64,000 bases of DNA from the human T2T-CHM13v2.0 reference genome, Homo sapiens. The stretch lies in NCBI RefSeq assembly GCF_009914755.1, contig NC_060946.1, one strand, 5' to 3'. Numbering within the stretch: the first letter of the stretch is position 1; every line of letters begins with the position of its first letter. Made by a program: the position numbers and the translations under genes. The notes below the pieces were generated by a model. The model saw only the letters and a program-made list of their open reading frames with translations, was not told the DNA's origin and did not search any database. This document shows positions 56,041 through 64,000 of this stretch, piece after piece.

Positions 56041-56761
56041 GTATGGGAAGACAGCCTCCAGCCCATGCAACCCCAGCCTGACAGAGGTGGCCTCTGCCTG
56101 CCCCACCCCCAGTCCTGCCCATCTTCCAACTTGCATTGTATGTGGTGGTGGCTGAGATTCAGAGAGAGGGACTTGCCTAGGTTTGCATGGATGGGAGTGA
56201 TAGGGGGTGCCCAGGCCACCTCCTGGTCCTGCTGGTGCACCTTGCTGGGGGCTTAAAACCACCCCAAGTGTTCAGGTGTGGTGGCTCATGCCTGTAATCC
56301 CAGCACTTTGGGAGGCCGAGGCAGGACAACCGAACCCAGGTGTTTGAGATCAGTCTGGGCAATGCAGCAAACCCCATCTCCAGAAAAAAATAGAAAGAAA
56401 AATTAGTCAGGCATTGGGGCACATACCTGTAATCCTAGGTATCTGGGAGGCTGACACAGGGGGATTGCTTGAGCCCAGGAGTTAGAGGCTGCAGTGATCC
56501 ATGATGGAGCCACTGTACTCCAGCCTGGGGGACAGAGCAAGGCCCTGTGCATCTCTAAAATAAATAACCACCCCCCACCCAACAAGTCATGCCTTGTCAG
56601 GACCCCACCCCACCCCCATCTCACTGTAAGGGGTTCATGACACCAGCAGGGGTTTCTAGCACCTGAGGTGGACTTGGGGGCTTGGGCCCCAAAGACCTCC
56701 CCACCAGCAGCTGTGAGCCCTGCTCTGAGCCACTCTCCTCTTCCCCACTCTGCAAGGGCAG

Positions 56762-56851
56762 GTCGAGGTGCTGCTGTACTTCTTGCGGCTGGAGGCCATC
56801 CCTGCCCTGGACAGCAAGAGACAGAGCATCCTGTTCTCCACCAATGTCTAA
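56762..56851 (+). pseudogene. BCRP4: BCR exon 23 coding part copy
   Basis: ggcag|GTCGAG...GTCTAA; VEVLLYFLRLEAIPALDSKRQSILFSTNV*. Confidence 0.9.
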
Positions 56852-57268
56852 AGGTCCCAGTCCATCTCCTGGAGGCGGACAGACGGCCTGGAAACCTCTG
56901 GCTAATCAGGCCATCTGTAGAGTGGGAATCAAGATTTTCTGAGGCATCCTTGGGCCACCCCCAGGTGTCAGGCCATCTGCCAAGAGACAGCGGCCCAAAG
57001 CAGAAGGACAGGTGGCCTGGGCAGATCCCGCCCAGGTCTGAAAGCCCCAGGCTGGCCTCAGACTGTGGGTTTTTTATGTGGCCACCCGAGGGCGCCCCAA
57101 GCCAGTTCATCTTGGAGTCCAGGCCTGGCCCTGGGAGACAGGGTGAAAGCAGTGGTTTTTATGAACTTAACTTATAGAGTCTAAAAGATTTCTACTGAAT
57201 CACTTGTCAAGAAGCGCCCTCTCTGGGGAGAAGGGAACGTGACTGGATTCCCTCACTGTTGTATCTTG

Positions 57269-57274
57269 AATAAA
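57269..57274 (+). terminator. Proximal polyadenylation signal of the BCR-like 3'UTR
   Basis: AATAAA about 420 nt after the stop, followed by GT-rich sequence. Confidence 0.6.
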
Positions 57275-59356
57275 CGCTGCTGCTTCATCCTGTGGGGGCC
57301 GTGGCCCTGTCCCTGTGTGGGTGGGGCCTCTTCCATTTCCCTGACTTAGAAACCACACTCCACTTAGAACAGGGTTTGAGAGGCTTAGTCAGCACTGGGT
57401 AGCGTTTTGACTCCATTCTTGGCTTGCTTCTTTTTCTTTCCAGAAGGATTTTTGTGCAGAAATGGGTCTTTTGTTGCCGTGTTAGTCCTCCTTGGAAGGC
57501 AGCTCAGAAGGCCCGTGAAATGTCGGGGGACAGGACCCCCAGGGAGGGAACCCCAGGCTACGCACCTTAGGGTTCGTTCTCCAGGGAGAGCGACCTCGTC
57601 CCCCGATCCTGACCGCCCTTCCGGCCCACGCTCTCCTGTTTGGCTTCCACAGGCCTGGACTTCTCTGGCTTCTCTGCCCACACACTCCCTGCCCCCAGTG
57701 TCCCTGCCCCTGCCCCAGCACAGGTGACTTCATTTCTGTCCTCTCAGCTCAGTGGACTCGCTCAACTTTTGTATAAGTCTCCACTTGGTGGCAGCAGCTT
57801 GCTGATGACTTGTTTTAAAACTTTCATCCTAAATAACCTTTTGATGCTTGAATATTTTTAAGTTTTATACATAGTTTCTAATTTTTTTCCCAACAGATCC
57901 AGATACCTAATAAGATGCTGGAATGTAATCCCTGGACAATCCGTGTCCTGGCAGCATTTGGTCTTCCTCTAAGCGCCTGGCTCCGCTGTTCTCAGGAGTG
58001 GGTTCTGAAGTCTCTGGAGAACAGGATACGTGGAGGGTTAGGAAGGGGCCAGGCCTAGAGACGGGAGACTCCCTCCCGGAGCAGGTGGAGGCACAGGACC
58101 ATTCGCTACCCCATCTGCCGACACCTGCGGGGGAGCCCAGGCATTGTTTGTAAACCCTCCTGACTACCTGGCTCAAAGAAAACAGAAGCATGGAGGCCGC
58201 CAAGTATTTTCAAGAAATAACCCCATGAACATGGCATCACTTTTTTAGAAAGAGGGGCTTGGGCAGGCAGAGGAAAGAAGGGAGAGCAAACTGAGAGCCA
58301 AGTTTCCAGACAGTCCTGCAGGAGGAGAGGATGCAGCTCCCCAGAGGGAAGCAGGATCACATTTAAGGAAGTGTGTGGGGTCCCTGGATGACACCAGCAC
58401 CCAGTGCGGCTCTGTCTGGCAACCGCTCCCAAGGTGGGAGGAGTGGGTGTCCCCTGTGTGTCAGTGGGCAGCTCCTGCTGAACCCGCAGCTCACTGGGGA
58501 GCCTGACAGTGGGGCCATGCGCCTGACACTCCTCTCTGCTTGTGGACCTGGCAAGGCAGGGAGCAGAAAACAGAGCCCCTTGAAGGCTTCCTGTCTGCGT
58601 CTGTGTGCAGTGTGGATTTAGTTGTGCTTTTTACTTGCTGGGAGAGCACAGCCACCATTTACAAGCAGTGTCACCCTCGTGGGTGGCGAGGACAGAACAG
58701 GAGCCTCTGCTCTCTGTACCTATCTGGGCCCGGTGGGCTCCCTTGTCCTGGCTTCCATCTCTGTCTCAGCGACCATTCAGCCCTGCGCAGGAACACATGT
58801 TGCTTAGAAAAGCCAAATCCAGCCTTGTCTCTGCCTCCTCTGGTCTCATGATGTGCATCTGTTACCTTGAAACTGGAAACCAGTCTATCAATGTCTGTGC
58901 CAATTTTTTATTCCCTCCCCAACCTCCTTCCCCATAGGACTTTTTATTTATGTAGGATGTGTGCTGTCTAATGATGGGATGACCACACTTTTCCATGTTC
59001 TAAAAGTGCTCCTCTCCCGCAGGGTCCCAGGGCTGGTGGTTGCTTTGGGTCTACAGCTACGTCTTACCCGCCTCCTGCCTCAACAGCCTGTGTGGTGGCA
59101 AAGCCGGTGTGGGGCTGGGGAACGCAGCGTTCTCCAGGAGGGGGACCCGGCTCTCCTTCTGCAGTGCAGGCAAAGGCCTAGATGCCAGTGTGACCTCCCA
59201 CAAGGCGTGGCTTCCAGACTCCCCGGCCGGAAGTGATCCTTTTTTGCCGCGGGCCCTGGGTTTGAAGCAGCCTGGCTTTCTCTTGGTAAGTGGCTGGTGT
59301 CTTAGCAGCTGCAATCTGAGCTCAGCCACCTACACACCACCGTGGCCGACACTTTC

Positions 59357-59362
59357 ATTAAA
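59357..59362 (+). terminator. Distal polyadenylation signal of the BCR-like 3'UTR
   Basis: ATTAAA about 2.5 kb after the stop, consistent with BCR having short and long 3'UTR isoforms. Confidence 0.5.
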
Positions 59363-60729
59363 AAGTTTCCTGAGACGACTTGCGTGCATGTTGACTTCAT
59401 GATCAGCGCCGCTGGGAAGAACCCCTGAGCCGGTGGGGTGGGGCTGGAAGCAGCAGGTGCAGTGATGGGGCTGGGTGCCCAGGAGGCCTCAGTGCTCAAT
59501 CAGGCCAAGGTGGCCAAGCCCAGGCTGCAGGGAAGGCCGGCCTGGGGGGTGTGGGTGAGCACAGGCAGGCACCAGCTGGGCAGTGTTAGGATGCTGGAGC
59601 AGCATCCGTAACCCCACTGAGTGGGGTAGTCTGGTTGGGGCAGGGACCGCTGTTGCTTTGGCAGAGAGAGATGATCCCCACTGGGGAGAGGCTGTTCTGA
59701 CTCTGCAGGTGGGACAGGGACAGATGGCCACCAGGGTGACCCGGCTGGTCTTCCTTTGCTATGCTAAGCCCTGGGACGTGGAGGATTCCTGCCACACAGC
59801 CTGGGCCCGGTTTCTTACCTGTGGCCACCGCTCTGGCACGAGCCCCTCAGTCTTGGGTGGTTTCTGCCTGGTCCGGGATTTGGTGTTCCTGCTGAGTCCA
59901 GCCTTTCTGCCACCTCCGCATGGGCCGTGGGTGGTGTTGTCAGCTGCCTCCCACCTTGGCTTCAGTAGCTCACCCAGCTCACAGGGGAGCTGCCCTGGGC
60001 TGGAGATGGGCATGCACCCTGGGTCCTACTTGAATGAATGCAGCTTGAGGAGAGCCGGCCATATACACTGGGCCACAGGTTACCCTCGGCAATGCCCACA
60101 TCAGCCGTCAGCCTGAGCCTCCCCAGGAGAGCAAGGCTCACACGACAAAGGCTGCCCGTGGCCAATGAGGTGGCTGAGCCCAGCCAGGACCTTTCTCGGA
60201 CTCCCGGGATGTGGCTCTGCTCGTGAGCTGCCTGGTCAGCTCTCTCGGGGTGAGAGGGGCTTGTCACACGGGCCCCTGCCTGCAGTGTGACCCTTCTCAG
60301 CTTCTCTCAGCAGCCCTGCCTGCGGAGTGTCACCGCCACCATGATCATTTCCCTGACACTGCGAGGGTGTGGGGACGTCCTGGGTAGAGACAGGGCCCGT
60401 GGCAGCAGCAGGCTCAGGGGCGCCCTACACTGGTGGGCTGGGGACCTGGTGGAGACCACGCCAAGGGCTGGACAAGGGGACGAGCCTCCACCCTGGCCTC
60501 TCCGCAGGCCTCAGCAGCCCCTCCCACAGGCAGAAGGGTTGACACTGGGTTCTGCCCTCACTGCAAGAGCTGCAAGTGCCACGTGCTGTTCTGCCCAATC
60601 TGGTGTCTGCAGGTGAGGAAAGGGCTGCCGCTGGCCCGTTTCTGAGTGTTCAGCACCTAAGGATGACAGCACTGTCTGTCCCTACCCTCCGGGTCCTGTT
60701 TGAAAATCAAACCCATGCTCACAGGCCAA

Positions 60730-64000
<3,271 letters not shown>

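Larger units (their letters stand above)
50762..59370 (+). pseudogene. BCRP4: BCR pseudogene 4: duplicated BCR exons 17-23 (RhoGAP domain) and 3'UTR
   Basis: Seven AG/GT-flanked exons translating to the BCR C-terminus (LDPQALQDRDWQRTVIAMNG...GIYRMSG...[12 protein letters not shown]...[19 protein letters not shown]...SILFSTNV*). The 5' exons and promoter are absent. Position in the IGL locus between IGLV3-30 and POM121L1P fits BCRP4. Confidence 0.9.

Noticed and set aside
56403-57177. 235-aa (-) and 169-aa (+) ORFs
   Set aside because: Antisense or out of frame to BCR exon 23 and its 3'UTR; the minus-strand ORF ends in Alu sequence. Both are chance ORFs in GC-rich DNA.
50762-59370. The real BCR gene or a BCR-IGL translocation
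   Set aside because: Exons 1-16 are absent, there are multiple substitutions relative to BCR as recalled, and the arrangement matches the known germline LCR22 copy inside IGL.

Overview
Human chr22q11.2, immunoglobulin lambda (IGL) variable-gene locus, identified by recognising the V-gene translations and gene order (no database search was possible). The first ~41 kb holds five non-functional V genes on the + strand in the order IGLV2-34, IGLV2-33, IGLV3-32, IGLV3-31, IGLV3-30. Each has an octamer promoter, leader exon, V exon and 23-type RSS, intact or decayed. There are also at least three much more degenerate V relics, visible ancient tandem-duplication units, a 43-bp minisatellite and many Alu/L1/MaLR/DNA-transposon fossils. 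At ~41.3 kb the sequence switches to an LCR22 segmental-duplication module: Alu-dense sequence probably from BCR intron 16, a copy of BCR exons 17-23 plus 3'UTR (BCRP4), then the 3' end of POM121L1P on the - strand. This is a well-studied locus and I see no new biological system. The most notable observations are (i) BCRP4 exons 17-23 still splice into an uninterrupted frame, with 250 codons from a Kozak-context ATG, covering a whole RhoGAP domain with arginine finger and C-terminal PDZ-type motif; (ii) two possibly unannotated V relics at 33.6-35.2 kb; (iii) miR-650 paralogues over the IGLV2 leader exons; (iv) CTCF-like sites and a transcription-factor-motif-rich VNTR. Repeat boundaries and subfamily names are approximate, by-eye calls.
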